From: Chlorokybus atmophyticus
Taxonomy: Eukaryota; Plantae; Mesostigma and Chlorokybus algae
DNA length: 64,000 bases
Assembly (NCBI GenBank): GCA_009103225.1
Contig: RHPI01002048.1
Coordinates: forward strand, 571,036-635,035
Reading direction: 5' to 3'
Positions 10,301 to 24,219 of this stretch are shown here, in pieces; position 1 is the stretch's first letter; each line of letters opens with the position of its first letter. The translations under genes were made by a program, and so were the position numbers. Under the pieces are notes generated by a model. The model saw nothing but the letters and a program-made list of their open reading frames with translations. It was not told the origin of the DNA and ran no database searches.

Positions 10301-12690
10301 CATGCAATGCTTGCCATACCATAAGCACAACTTATCTCACAACCTTTGCCCGACAAGCACACACGTGCGCAGATGTGCACAAGCATGTTGCACGCAGGTG
10401 TGCCAATACGAACGTTCTGAAAATTTAAGCAAAGCACAGCCATTAGCAGCTTGTATCAAGCACTATGCCCTTGTTATACGCAACGAGAACTGTACACGCT
10501 GAGGCAAAGACATCGTACTCATGGTTGCCAACTCATGCTAGCAAGCGCGCCCCAGGCATGGATGCCAAGTTTTTGTGTTGTACATGTGCAGCCCTCCTCA
10601 ATGACACGATGTCCAACTTGCGAGGAGACGCAAAAGACAGCATGGCCTGATGAGGAGAGTAAACTTGCTCCGCGATTAGTATCTTCAGATCGACCTTGTT
10701 GCTGTGCTGCTGCTGATGAGTGTCTACCGGCAGCAGTGCTGTAACGCAAACCACCTCAATCATCTCAGCCTGCTCACAATATTCTAGAGGTACTTACTTC
10801 TAGAGACCACCTGTAACTCCGCGTATCTCAACCTACCAATGCTGGCTGGTGTGCTCGCCGAGTACATGTGCGACCATCACCACCGTATGGACTCAGATGA
10901 CGAGGCTTGGACAGGAACTGTATGTAACCATGAACACAAACAGTGACAAGTGCCAATACATGAAACAATATCGCAGATTGTGTCATGACAAGTAATGGGC
11001 AAGATGACCACAATTGATGACAAAACTCACTCCAGCTTTCTAGTACCCTTGCTAGCGTTCATGATGTCGGCGTTGAATGCCGAGCAACTCCCAATAATTC
11101 TCTTTTGCTTCTGCTTGTGTTAACATGCGCTCTTCTTGCGGACGATTTACACACCCTTGAGTCCCACTCGAGCAACCAAGGAATGTTGCCTTCCACATGT
11201 CATGCCGGTGAAGGACTTGAGCTAGGTTGTCTCGGGATATGACTACATGCAGGGGAATGACAGACTGTGAGCTGGTTGTAGGCATGAGGTAGATATGCTT
11301 GTAGAAGCATATTTAGACAATATTGACTGTTGGGTTTTGTGATGGGAAGGTAGATGAGGGTGTTATTGAGTGAGGGGAAGTGCATTTAGCAAGTTATAGT
11401 CAATGTAACCGGACATTAGCGTAACCCAAATCTGGTGGGTGTAATGGGGGCTATTTCGGGAGTTGTGAGTGGAGAAAGGGTTGGTGGAAGGAGTGGGGAT
11501 CCATGTGGCAGTCAAGAGCTGGTTATGGAGACGATCTACTCATCATTGGAAGTGGAGCTGGAGGAGAGCAAGTCCAAGTAGGTTTTACCATGGTCTAGTG
11601 CATTCTTAATTAGTTGTGCTAGCTTATGACATGTGTCATTGACTTGTTCATTGTATAAGTAGTGTGACTGAACAGATGTAGCTATCTGGTCTGCAAGTTA
11701 CCATACCAACTTACAAGTGTCATACAAGTGCCATAACACTAGTGCAATACATGTTTTTGTGTTGTATGCAATTGGTGCCTTAGCTAAGACTGTTGTTGTG
11801 TGAGCGTGTGACACTGGCGCATACCATCGTGCCCTGCTCAGCAAGTACATCTACAAGGAGGAGGTCATCATCATCACCCTTGTGTAGACTGTTCACTACA
11901 CATGTAGCTAATCATTCAAGTGTATGAGTAGAAGGAGCAAACATTGCATGAAGTTGCAGTGTTGTGTAGTGCAGTAGCAACATGGTCGACATGTGCTAGT
12001 GGGTGCATCGAGGAGACGTGGCGCGACACGCAGCACCGTATGCAACATGCGGTGGAAAGCTGCGAAGGACCTTTGAAATTTTTGTTTGCAGAGGTATTGA
12101 TGGCCATGGCTTTTTGGGACATAACCTGCCCAGTGCCGCCATCACACGACCCCTTGTGTTTTATGCCCGTTATACTTTGTCTTTGCCCTGCTCCGGTGTG
12201 CTGTTCTGGCTCACCTTTTGGTGATGACTTGGTGGCGTGGCCATTGCCCCATTGCCTGCGGACTGCATCACCCCCTTCTACCCACAGTACTCTCGCACAC
12301 CTTACGCAGTTGCATTCTTAGCAACTTGCTTGCAATTGCCTCTGCTGGTTGGTGCTTGTAGTACGTAAGCACGCTTTACTTAGCTACACAATTACTCTGC
12401 ACGCACTTACAAGTTCAAACCGCTGTGTGCTTGTCCACATGCATCCTTGCCGAGGAACTCGTTAAGTGACTATCACCTCCTCTCAAGCTAAGGGGACCAC
12501 ACGGTTTGTTTTTGGCCTTCCAACTACTAGTAGGCATTCTAGTAGACATTGACTCGAACACCTTGTTACCCCACCACCTTGTCGCATTTACCCTTTGTAG
12601 CTTCTCACACTTAGCAGCGCACTTGGGTATGCTGCTCTGCAGCCCCATCACCTCCTCACACTTGTGGCTTAGATAAGTACATATCCCCAC

Positions 12691-12810
12691 TGCGAGACAC
12701 ACCTCGCAATCGAGCCACCCTTGCACGACATCATGTACAACGGGAACTACTGCGAGACACACCTTGCAGTCGAGCCACCCTTGCACGGGATCATGTACAA
12801 CGGAAACCTC
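12691..12810. repeat. 60-bp tandem duplication (2 diverged units)
   Basis: TGCGAGACACACCT...CATGTACAACGG repeated at 12691 and 12751. Confidence 0.9.
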
Positions 12811-14948
12811 ATGCAAGTATTGGAATGGCATGCTTGTATTTACAGCAATTTCATATGTACGCACATTATAATGTTGAAAACGATTATATACATATACAAT
12901 TATATACAAGCATGCGCAACAGAACATTAGGACAACCATAAGCATTTACAACTTTTAAGAGCGGATCTTATAATTCATGAAATGACGCTTGTCGGTCTGC
13001 CTGCGCTTTTCATACCATCGTGTAGAAGTAAAACCCAAGCACAAGTAAGCTATGCACACCAGTTATTGGACACAGCGTATGCACAATGATGCCATCATGG
13101 AATTATATATGCTGGTAGTTAATATTCGGAGCATTAATTGCACTTTATCGTGAAGCGCAATTAATGATGTTAAGCAAAATGAAAAGTCTATGCAAATCTT
13201 GTTAAAAACCATAGTTATATAAGGTTGCACGGAATCCCCCGCATTCATGTTGATAAAAACGGTATAAGTGTCAAGTACCATAAATACATGCAATAATACC
13301 ATCAACAAAATGCTTTAAGTGCTTAACGTCATTGCGTCCTCGTGCATGGACGTACATGCATATTACGCACAACATAAATGATAATGCCGATTTGCGCGGT
13401 GCTACTATGTGAATTACCTACGTTGGCCGTTGCTTGTTGCCTCCGTTGCTCCCTTCCCCTCCAATGCTCCTCGGCGGTGGTATTCAAGTTCATTTTTCCT
13501 TGTCATGGCGGGCCCCTCGAGTACAACGTTGCAATGTTCTGCCTTGCTATTGCTTATGGTTGTAAGTGCAAGTGACCAATGTGTCTATTTCGTACTAACA
13601 ATGGCCCCTTCCAAGCCCCTAGAAGGCACAAATTTAAGGCAAAGGCCATACTACACAACTATGTGAATCCCATGTACGTACATGCGTATACGGATGTAAG
13701 TACGTACGTACATGCCTATACGTAGTTACAAGCTTCCGTGATACAAGGTATACCGCCACAATATTATACAGCCAATTTTACAGTCATCTTGTTACTGTTG
13801 ACAATGGTTTATCAAAGCAATGTGATGATCACTTGATTGCGTACAAACCAGCAACGATGATACATACGCCGTTGACAAGTACTTGCGTAAATGTGTGTTA
13901 TCGCGTATTATGTGTTACAATGAAACAACCATTAAAGTTGTACATGTTACATAACTTATGTCCAATGTGCTGCACTACTACCGGTAGGTGAGCTACATGT
14001 ATACCAATATAAATGCTCTAGTTGAGCACCTTCTGTTACATGTTGGTTGTGAAGCTTGCTGCCTCCTCCTTGCCCTACTCGCCCCTCCACTCCACTTGCA
14101 CGCACTTAATTAGGCACATAGCTAGGTGCATGCCCCTGCTAAATGGAAAGCCCTACTTTGTGTCTGCCTCTGTTCTTTGTCTAATTCTTTGAGATTTGTT
14201 GCATGGTGACATTACTATCGTGGTTTCCATTTGCTACTCAAATTAGCCTATAAAATATCATCAACACTGTTTGCTAACATTTTACTTGCCTTGAATTAGC
14301 ATCTAGCACATCCGACGCTACATTCGCAATGCAGGATTAGTGGGTTACAGGAAGGACAATTATTGCTGCAAGTGTACGCGATGTGTGAAAGCATCAATAG
14401 CCAAAGACACCACATTCTTTGTAGTGTGCAAGAGATATGGGTACCATTTCCATCGCATGTCCCAATAACAAGAGACGAGGGCATTGCGTGTATTTGCCAT
14501 GTCCACCCTCAGACACTGTATTCACCAATACCATCACATCTCAGCACAAGCCCACAAGCCTACCGCCGGCTAAACGAACTTCAAGCCACACCAGTCAATG
14601 TGCACAACAGCAGTTGCCAGTCAACACATTCCACAACTTACATAAATCTATCATAGTACAACACAACTTGAATCGTCTCTACAACTTATTGTCAACTGGC
14701 TAGAATCTAGTTATGCATTGCCCCAACTATGCAAAATATACCACTAAAATGCATGCTTGCAAGCCTGCTCCCGCGTGACACCTGTAAATGTTGAACGGCG
14801 TTTCATTTAGGACACCTACTCAGCCAAATCGTCTAGCCAGTGTCCTCGGCACCCTCGCAGCAGTAGTATTCGTGCATAGCAAACACGTGGTCAACACACT
14901 GGAACAACCAACACAGCCTTGCGCATTGTGCTGAAAGTGCAGAGGTTC

Positions 14949-17549
14949 TCAGCACGGCCCGGTAGTGCGTGGCATGCCATGGGTTTTCCACACTCGGTAT
15001 ACACGCCGCGACCTGCGCAGTTCATCGTCTACCGCATGATTGCCATCCTTGAGAGCTTTTGCTTGCGCGCCTTGGACAATGCGCTCGCCGTCAGTCTTTG
15101 CCTTCTTCGCTCGCGGTGCATCAGGGTGCTTGGTTGGGTGCGCCTCAAGTTGCTTGATGACCTGTGTAAACCCACAGACAAGCCCAAGCGTCAAGAACTC
15201 GCAAACTCAACTTCTGTTGCTCCAGATTATTGGTCAATATCAACCTCCTACCTCTTCCAAGTTTTCTGCAAGCTTGTAAGCAAGAGAGCGGCTGAAGTCT
15301 TCACGAACGACGGCCCTCAGCAGTGTCACATGACTGGCATCCGGGGCCATGGTGTATGCTGGCAGAATCCATCCGTGCATTCGTAGCTTATGGGCAATGT
15401 CATAGCAATCATATTTGCTGTCGTCCTGTGCACCGACATGAGTACGATAGATTAGAAAAGCAGCTCGTAGACTTTATGAATGGTAGCCCAAACTACACGC
15501 AAACCTTCAAAGTGAACGCCAGGAGTGGTACGCCCATGTCGGCGCTGGATAGCATCTTGAAGATGCCCAGTTCCTCAATTCGCTCTCGCAAGAACTGGAC
15601 CTGAGCCCAACAGTTCGCCATAATCTTCTTGTAGCCGTGGAAGCCCAGACGGATGAACTGGTAGTATTGGCCGATGATGCCAGTGGCACCGCGCGAGAAA
15701 TTGAGTGTGAATGTAGGTTGATCGCTGCCAAGGTAGTTGATGTGGAACACCAGCTCCTCTGGCAGGTCCTCCTTGGATCGCCAGATAGCCCAACCGCAAC
15801 CAGGGTACACAAGTCCATACTTGTGACCACTTAGGTTGATAGACTTCACCTGGAAACAAGAAAGGACAAGCGTTCAATTGAGTGCATGTATGTGCAACGC
15901 CTGTTTGCCACGCTGACAAAGCTAGGCGTACCAATGGGAGTCTGAAATCCCACTCAAGCTCTGGCCAAAGGAAGGGTGCCACAAACCCGCCGGAAGCGGC
16001 GTCCACGTGTATGGGTGTGTCCCAGCCTGCATCATTAGGCTTTGAAGCTACATCAGCAACATCATTGCATACATGCAAGTACGCAAGCTCACTCTAAATC
16101 CCCTTTGAATCCCCTCTAATTGCCCTCAATTCCAACCTGTCCTCTTGTTTTTCTCAGTCAACAAGTCGTTGACGGCCTTCACATCCTCAAACTGCCCATC
16201 ATACCTGTCGAAAAAACACAAGTTTGTACCTCCAGACTTGGTACAACAAGACAAAGCAGCAGGTCATGAAGAGGGCATTGCTAGTAACTGACGTGCTGCC
16301 AAGGATAGCGCAGACACAGATGGTGTTTTCATCAACCAAGTCCACAGCCTCCTTTGGGTCCATAATGAACCGCGTGTCGGTCAGCTTCACAATCTTCATG
16401 TCCACCTCCCAATAGCGGCAAAACTTTTCCCAACAAACTTGAACATTTGCTCCGCAAACTACATTCGGATGTAAACATTCTTCCTCTTTTTTGCCTTTGG
16501 CCATCATCCGCTTTTTCCACAGAACTTTAAATGCCAACCCAGCCAGCATGATAGCCTCGCTTGATCCCACAGTCCTGGTGAGGACTTCAAGTTCAGGTTC
16601 AGTGCACTTCAACAGAGGATGATTATGCGAATGCAACTGAGCAACAACAACTGCTTGGGAAGTTGCCAAAGGGAGTGTCTGTGTTCCTTACCCGACTCCA
16701 ATGGCCGCCCCTTCATCGCTCTCGATGGGTGCGTTGCACAAGCGTGCAATCATGTTGACGCAGCGATTCTGTAACTCCGTGGTTGCCTCATACTCGTCCA
16801 TGTCAATGAAGTTCTTGTTCATGCCCTCCATCAGTAGTCTGCATGAACACAATGCACATGTAATCACCATTACATGAACATTGTGTTGAGATTTGTGGCA
16901 ACAGCTATTATCTGCACTGACTTGTCGCATTCTGGCTCCATCCATGTGGTCACAAAGCTGGCGAGGTTGAGATGCGGGTTGCCGTCAAGCATCAACTCAT
17001 CATGAATGAACTGGTAAGCTGCATCTTTTGGCATGGAGTCCATTGGCATGGAGTAACGTGGCAACTGCAGGGAAACCGCTCGTATTGCTGCACATGTAAA
17101 TGGCCACAGAAACGCAACCCCAAGAGTGGCAGCTCAATGTGCACTATGAAAAGCACGATGGGAAAGCTGATTTGAAATGAAAGCTATACAGACACTACCG
17201 CACCCGACATTTGTGCTTGCAGTAGTAATCCGTTCTTGCACAGGCTACTCGTTGCTTACATGCTTATGCATGCATGTTTACTCAAGCAGTGAGAAATTTG
17301 TTCCCTGCTACATTCAGCAAGCCGTCCTGTTGTGCTGGACATACCAGACGCATACGCATCTGCAACTGTCAGACTTACAGGTGCACTGCTGTAGCGAGAA
17401 GCATAGGCAGGAGCAACATACTCCTCACGTTCCGCCTCGTCCACCGTTGCCGCCTTAGCAGGCTGCTTCACCTCGTGGATCGTCATGCTGCCTGGCCCTG
17501 AACGTGCAAGCTGGCGGACGGTGGCCGGCAGCGAGTCAGAGGTGATCAT
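14949..17549 (-). CDS. GAD: Glutamate decarboxylase (PLP-dependent), 9 exons
   Basis: Exons about 17379-17549, 16922-17064, 16692-16838, 16293-16574, 16137-16204, 15932-16026, 15505-15849, 15252-15425, 14949-15161 splice in frame at GT-AG. Motifs: [55 protein letters not shown] (PLP lysine). Confidence 0.95.
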
Positions 17550-17598
17550 TGCGCAAATCGCACAGCCTTCTTTGCACGACAGCTGCAGTCAAGCACGC

Positions 17599-17812
17599 AA
17601 GCCAAGACAGCAGGCCACAGCAGCCAGGTACAGCGAGCACCTTGTCCAAACTAAATGCACATAGCTAAACGAAGCTTGGCTGCAACCAGCTACAGAAGGC
17701 AAGCCAACACCACGACAGCAAGCCACAGCAGCCAGCAGCAGCAAATAGCGGCTGGTAAAGTACGTGAACAAGCTGAATGAAGCTTGGCTGCAACCAGCTA
17801 CAGCTACAGCGT
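17599..17812. repeat. Diverged tandem duplication with 108-bp period upstream of GAD
   Basis: GAAGCTTGGCTGCAACCAGCTACAG at 17671 and 17779. GCCACAGCAGCCA at 17614 and 17722. Confidence 0.7.
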
Positions 17813-18619
17813 CATCGGCTTCAGCAACATCAGCTGCAAGGTCTCAGACTTGTCAACCCAGCATGCAAAGTACGAACGCTGATTGACCAACTAAGAAATT
17901 CTAGCGGTGGGGTCCGCATGAACCAATAGAGATGACGTTGTTCAACAATCACGTTGCACGCTCATCCTCTAATACATGCCTTGCTGTAGCCGTGTCCGTA
18001 GCGTAGGTTTGGGCCAACGTTGGGCTCCTCGCCGCAGGCAGCTCTCCACGCCGCTTAGCCCGTATAGGTCTACAATCCTCGAACAACGCCAAGCTCACAA
18101 GACAAGGCCGCAGCTGGCGCCACGACACCTGCAGCGCATGCAAGCCACCTCAACAACGACAGCGCCATGCAAGCAGACAAGAAATTCCCGGTTAGGCCCG
18201 GTCGTTCCACCAAACTGATCACCGTCAGTGCTGTGACTCACCACTGCTAACTCCGAACTGACCGGGCACTCCCAGCCAAATCCCTGCTAACCTTGACTTA
18301 TACCGCCGGTGTAATTTGTAGAGTGCAAACCTCGGTCTCATTGTGCCGGTTGAATCTTTACCGCGCTTTGTAAAATGGAAGCGAGATCGGATCTCTTTAG
18401 GCTGTCCAAAGAGATAAATTAGGCATCAGGATTGCTGAATTCAGCTACAGGATGTGATCAGTGATCTCCGATGAACTTGCTAATCCATCTAACTTGCCTC
18501 CTCAGCTGGAGGGAAGTTAGCATTGCGGTGGCCAAAGGAAGTTGTTTGGGTATGGGCGGCGGTGCAGGCGGCGGCGACGGTGGCGGTGGCCGTGGTGGCC
18601 GGGAGCGGGGTTGTGGGGC

Positions 18620-21600
18620 ATGTCTGCTGGCAACCTATTTGCTTATGTTGCTCTGAGACGGCTGAACTCTGGAAAGTTGAGTAGACCAGCAGGCTTGCTG
18701 TTGGCAGGGCGGCAGTGGGGGTCGGTGGCCACCTCGACTGCTGGTCGGGCGCCAAGGCAGCCTCCAGCCATGGGGAAGAAGGACCGTCATGCTGAACGTT
18801 CTGGCGCAAGCGCCTCAGCACCTGTCGGTCAGCGTGCGGTATCCGCCACAACCTCCAGCTTTGTTCAGGTGTTGAATGCAATGCACGCTCAGCATTGATA
18901 TCACAATGCTTGTCCATGCAATCGCTCACATTGGTCCTTGTTGCCTTTCTGCAGTCCTATAGCTCGCACATTCGTTCCTTGCGTAATTTACACAAGGTGT
19001 GTCGTGTCGCATGCACATGCTCCTGACCCGCAGTTGCACGCAATTCACCCATATGAGACACAACCAGGAACTACGAAGTGTAAGAGAGAGTATAACTTAA
19101 TCATTCAATCATTTCAGACTTTTGTAAGATTAGGGCAAACAGTCAGCTATGCATGCACCAACATCTTACATGTTGCATAGGGCCTCCATTGCAGCAACGA
19201 GCGCATGCATGCATTATGTAAGCGAGCTGTTCATCTTATAGATAGTCACTACAGCGGATGAGCAGCTGCTGTTGTGGGATGAGCCTTCACAGCCAGAACG
19301 TGTGTGCATTGGGTCATGAACTTGTAATCGTGGCCGCAGGTAGTTGGCATTGGTGGTGATACTGGCGGCACAAGCCCGTCGGTTCTGCTGTTCTTTGACC
19401 AGCGGCGCTACCTTTTCAACGTTGGTGAGGTAGCCATCATGATGTACTCATCGCTTGACCTAAATCTGCTGCCCAAGTGTCAGCTGTAGTCGGCACCAAC
19501 ATGTGTGGGCTTGCAGGGTTTTCAGCGATTGGCAGCAGAACACAAAATCCGCTTGTCAAAGGTGGGAGTGGAGGTCATAATGCAGAAACATTGGTGTGAA
19601 GTGTGTTGTGTCATCTTGCATGCGGTATATACATATTCATGACTGCAAGTCGTGTTGCAGATCAACCATTTTTTCTTTACTCGAGTCTGTTCCGAAACGG
19701 CTGGTGGCGTCCCTGGTAAGCAGAACATCACCACAGTACACTTTGTATGCATTTGTAGTCATGGCCCAGGGCAAAACAGAGGGGCCCGACACGCAAGCAA
19801 AAACACAAAGCTTCACCAACGGAATACCAACGGGCAACTACAAACAACTCGACCACTTCAAGAACCCAAGCACAACTAGACTAGACTAGGGGGGCTGGTT
19901 GCTATGTGCAGCTATGTGCATGGCATGTGTCCTGCCTATTGTGACGGTCATGAAGCATGCCGGGGGCAGCACTTCAGCACAAAAGTTGCCTATTCTTATG
20001 CAGGCATGCTTCTCACATTGGCGGAGACAGCGGAGAACCATGAAGGGGTGAGGAGTCTGTCCTGACCTTGCTGCGGAAATCTGCATGACGTTAACCATCA
20101 ACACAGTGTAACCACCCGCATATTGCTCCCCGCAGCTGGCGCTTTTCGGGCCCGCTCGTCTCAAAGGCTTTGTCGATGCTTTTCGAAACTATGTAAGCAC
20201 GAGGGTGTTTGGTCTGCAACTGCGGGAGATTTTTTACAACGACTCGGCACAATCCTCAGGAGAAGTGCCTGTGTATGAAGACGATCTTGTGAAAATATCA
20301 GCAGTTGTTCTCAAAGCGCCCACGTCAGAACCAACCCTATTGGAAGATGTCGAGCATGCACCGGTGCTTGATGTCAATGTTGTGAATGGCGACAACAGCT
20401 CTCCGGTCAAGCGAGCCAAGTTGATGAACGTACGAGAGCCACACGAGCACTTTGCTCTGGTGTACATATGCCAGCTGCCGCCCATACCGGGCAAGTTCGA
20501 CCCGGTTCAAGCGCGCAAGCTAGGCGTCAAGCCTGGGCCATTGTTTGGGCAGTTGCAGCGAGGGGAGAGCATCAAGCTGGATGATGGCCGCATGGTATGC
20601 TTGAAGCCACAGTGAACATGGCGGTGCAAAGTTCGTCCAACCACTGTGTATGTCATGTGTCTGATGTGAAGGTGTGCAGGTGCGCTCTAGCGATGTCATG
20701 GGTCCTTCAACGCCAGGCCCTGTGCTGATTGTAACCGATTGCCCATCCGAAGCATACCTGCCATCACTGTTAGCCGCCCCGCGCTTGCAAGTGCTGCGCA
20801 CTGACGAGTCCACTAGCGGCACGGAAAAGGCACCTGCTTGCGTTGTTCACCTGTCACCTGCAGAGGTGCGCTATATGTAAAGCACTCAACCTTGTGCCAA
20901 ACCTTGTGGGATGTTTACTTATTCAAGTGCACATGTTGCAGGTTTTGCAAACGCCAGAGTATCAGCACTGGGTGCAGCATCTCTCGTCATTGGGAGCTAC
21001 GCACATTGATGCGAGAGCCGCTTCTAAACAGCCAGCGTTCCTTGCAAGCAGTCGTCTGCAGGCGAAACTCAACCGCATCCAATCTGACGTGTTTCCGCTC
21101 GCGCATCCTGTTGTCCTTGATGCCAGTCCCTCCTTGTCGTTATCGAGTAGTCCCGCAGCCTCTGTTGATGGAGTTGAAGCAGGAGAAAACCTGCTGAAGT
21201 ACAACCTGAGACCTTTGGCGTCAAAGGGCTTGGACAGGTGCTCCAGCTGCTTTGGATGTCGCACACGCACACGCACACACACGCAAGTTCGCGTTATCGC
21301 TAATACTCGTAGCTTGCTTTCATCAGGAAGGTTGTTTGACTGTGGACGTGTTGCATGTAATTTGCTGTAGATGAAGGCCCAGACTTGAAGGCATGCCTTA
21401 TTCGTGCAGGAGCACAGTACCAGCTCCGCTCGAACTCCAGGACGTGTTGCAGGAGCTCGAACGTGAAGTGCCGGATGTGATGGCTGCCATTGATGAGGTG
21501 CCAAGCACGTCCGGCACCTCGGAAGAGGACCGAGATCTGCCTGCCTGCTTGCAAGGGATAAGCCGCCAAGAGCTGGAGGTCGTGTTCCTCGGTACCGGCT

Positions 21601-22957
21601 CGGCCATCCCTTCCAAGTACCGGAACGTCTCCGGCATCTACCTGAACTTCTTTGGCCGTGGCGGCATGCTGCTCGATTGTGGTGAAGGCAGCTTTGGACA
21701 GCTTCAGCGCAGGTGAGAAGAGCGTTGCAGTGCACTGCAGTCCATGACGTTTTTTCCCTCTGGAGCATGCATAAACGGTTTGGCAGGTATGGAAGCGAGG
21801 GTGCCAATGAAGCCATTGTCAAACTGAGGTGCATATGGATTAGCCACATACACGCAGGTGGGTCGTCGTTACTTCAATAGGTGACCGCACATAAAGCTTT
21901 TATATCATGAATTTTGTGTGGGTGCGTGGGTGTGCAGCTGTTGTGTATTGAGTGCAGCTGTGGGCGCAGACCATCATGCCGGGTTGTCGCACATCCTGGC
22001 ATTGCGCAGGAAGCTCTTGGGCAACGAGTGCAAGCCGCTGCCCGTCATTGGTCCGTGGCCTCTGAGGAACGTGCTAGCAGCCTTTGGCATGCTGGAAGAG
22101 TTCTCAGCAACCTTCATCGACTGCGTCGACACTCTACCCTGGACTGAGGCCAAGCCCGTTGCTGAGGTGCGTGCTACGCACTTGAGTTGAATCACTGTGT
22201 TGCTGTCATGCACTCCCGATACGTTGTTGCACAGAATTGTGAGTTCATATGCCCACGATGCTTTGGTCATCTAGCATGAGACACACTCCGATTATATGCA
22301 CTGGTTTTGCAGTTGCCAAGCCGTGTCTTGGCTGCCAAGGCAGCTTTGAAGGAGCCTCTCTCGCAGCTCGGGTTGAAGAGGCTAACAAGCGTGGAGGTGC
22401 AGCACTGCGCCAATGCGTTTGGAATTGTGCTCGAGGCCGTTGAGCGCACGGGAGCTGATGTGGACACGGGGGAGCCATCACAGCAGCCAACTCCTGGTTG
22501 GAAGCTCGTCTATTCCGGAGACACTCGTCCGTGCGAGCGCCTCGTTGAAGCTAGCAAGGGTGCAACGGTCTTGATTCACGAGGTGAGGGGTGCAGAGCGC
22601 ACTGCTACCATGCATTTTGTTGTGGCTAACACCACACATATCCTTAAAAAACAGGCCACCTTTGATGATGGCATGTTGGAGGAGGCATTGGCGAAGCGGC
22701 ATAGTTTAACCAAAGAGGCGGTGGAGGTTGGTGTGAGGGCGGGAGCGTGGCGGACAATCTTGACGCACTTCAGCCAGCGGTACCCGAAGATCCCCGTCAT
22801 AGACGAGAGCTACACCGCCCATACTTGCATAGCCTTTGACCTCATGTCCGTCAACCTCGCCGACCTCTGGCTCCTGCCAAAGCTCCTGCCGCCCCTCAAA
22901 CTACTGTTCAAGGACGAGCTCATGGAGGCTGAAGAGCAACAAGCTGTTGGAGCGTAG
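18620..22957 (+). CDS. TRZ: tRNase Z long form (RNase ZL/ELAC2-like), about 13 exons
   Basis: Spliced exons give [51 protein letters not shown] (flexible arm), [62 protein letters not shown]. Stop TAG at 22955-22957. Second in-frame ATG at 18770. Confidence 0.93.
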
Positions 22958-24219
22958 GCTTTATGTCTGCACCCACGAGTACATGTAGCTAATTGCCGCC
23001 TCATCAGGCATGTTCAGTATGTGCAAACAATGGTCATGCACCGAGATACAGGTGCTGCAGCCAATTTGAACTGAAGTGAGACAAAATATGACGGTGCTTG
23101 GATTGAAGCTATGCGCATAGTTTGCTAGGCATCAGGTATCAGCAGAATGCTTGCAACGCATCCATGTCGTGGCCTCTTACCTACCGTGGGTAAAGAGGAG
23201 ACTGGAACAGAAGCTGCATGTGCATCATGTGCATCATTGCACGTTGGCATCAGCTGCAGTCATATACATGTCCGTGGCTGCTTGTAAGGATAGGGAAACT
23301 AACGGGGGGCCCAGTCATCAGCACGCACACACTAAAACCATCATATTAAAGGCTTACATGTCCAGCCCCCCGTCGTTGTGCTGAGCTAGCTTTGCCTTGG
23401 TTGTTTTGTGCTGGTTTAATGCAATGCGGGTGTTGTGTTGTGCTAAGCTGATGGCCCCATTGCTATACCAAAAACATAAGCACAAGCAAACGGCATACAA
23501 CAACTACAAGCATGTTCCAGGCACATCTATTGTGCTGCATTTGGTTGGCATATGAAGTGCTTTCAGATGACATCATATGTTCCTATGTCTGCTTTGGTAA
23601 TACGGCTGGACGCACGCACATAACCAATTCCAAACCGCCACGTGCTTTGCATTTGAACTATCTTGTGATCTTATGCTGTGATCCACAATTGACTTGTACT
23701 AATAGGCCATGAAGTCTCGTGCACAACCACAATGTGCACCTGACATGTGGCGGTTTAGAACTTGTGGTATTGTTTGCAGGCAGAGCCCTTCCAGACTGGA
23801 AGTTCCAGTACATGCATGCGCACTTGCGTGCCGCATCTGGTGTACAACTGACCCAACGACAAGATGCACGCCTCAATCCCACATGCTAGCAAGGATGCTG
23901 CAAAACACCACTGCCCAACAGCCACAACCAACAAATACAGTGCAGCGATCAATTACTCGACATGAACTGTCATCAGTTACAAACATCAACGAGATACACA
24001 CATTGAAGGTGCAGTGGTGGCATGCATCTAATTTCAGCTAAAGTAGCAGAGCTACAAGCGCAGGCTCAGACATACGCATGCAAGCCCAACAGCAACTCGT
24101 TGGAAGGAATAGTCCGAGTCAAATTGGCAGGCACGCATACCTCACCATAAGCAAGTTCACAAGCACGAATACTATTGCGGGAATGGACAACAAAACTCTA
24201 TACACAACACGGCTGTACA

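Noticed and set aside
10074-12945. hAT transposase remnants (BED-like CxxC, ATRWW resembling TRW)
   Set aside because: Motifs too short and inconsistent in order and strand; no TIRs or 8-bp TSD found.
17589-17771. Regulatory uORF upstream of GAD
   Set aside because: Starts at TTG rather than ATG and largely reflects the local duplication.
20843-22270. Long antisense ORFs over tRNase Z (similarly over PABP 45440-46261 and G3BP-like)
   Set aside because: Typical shadow ORFs opposite GC-rich coding exons; no independent coding signal.
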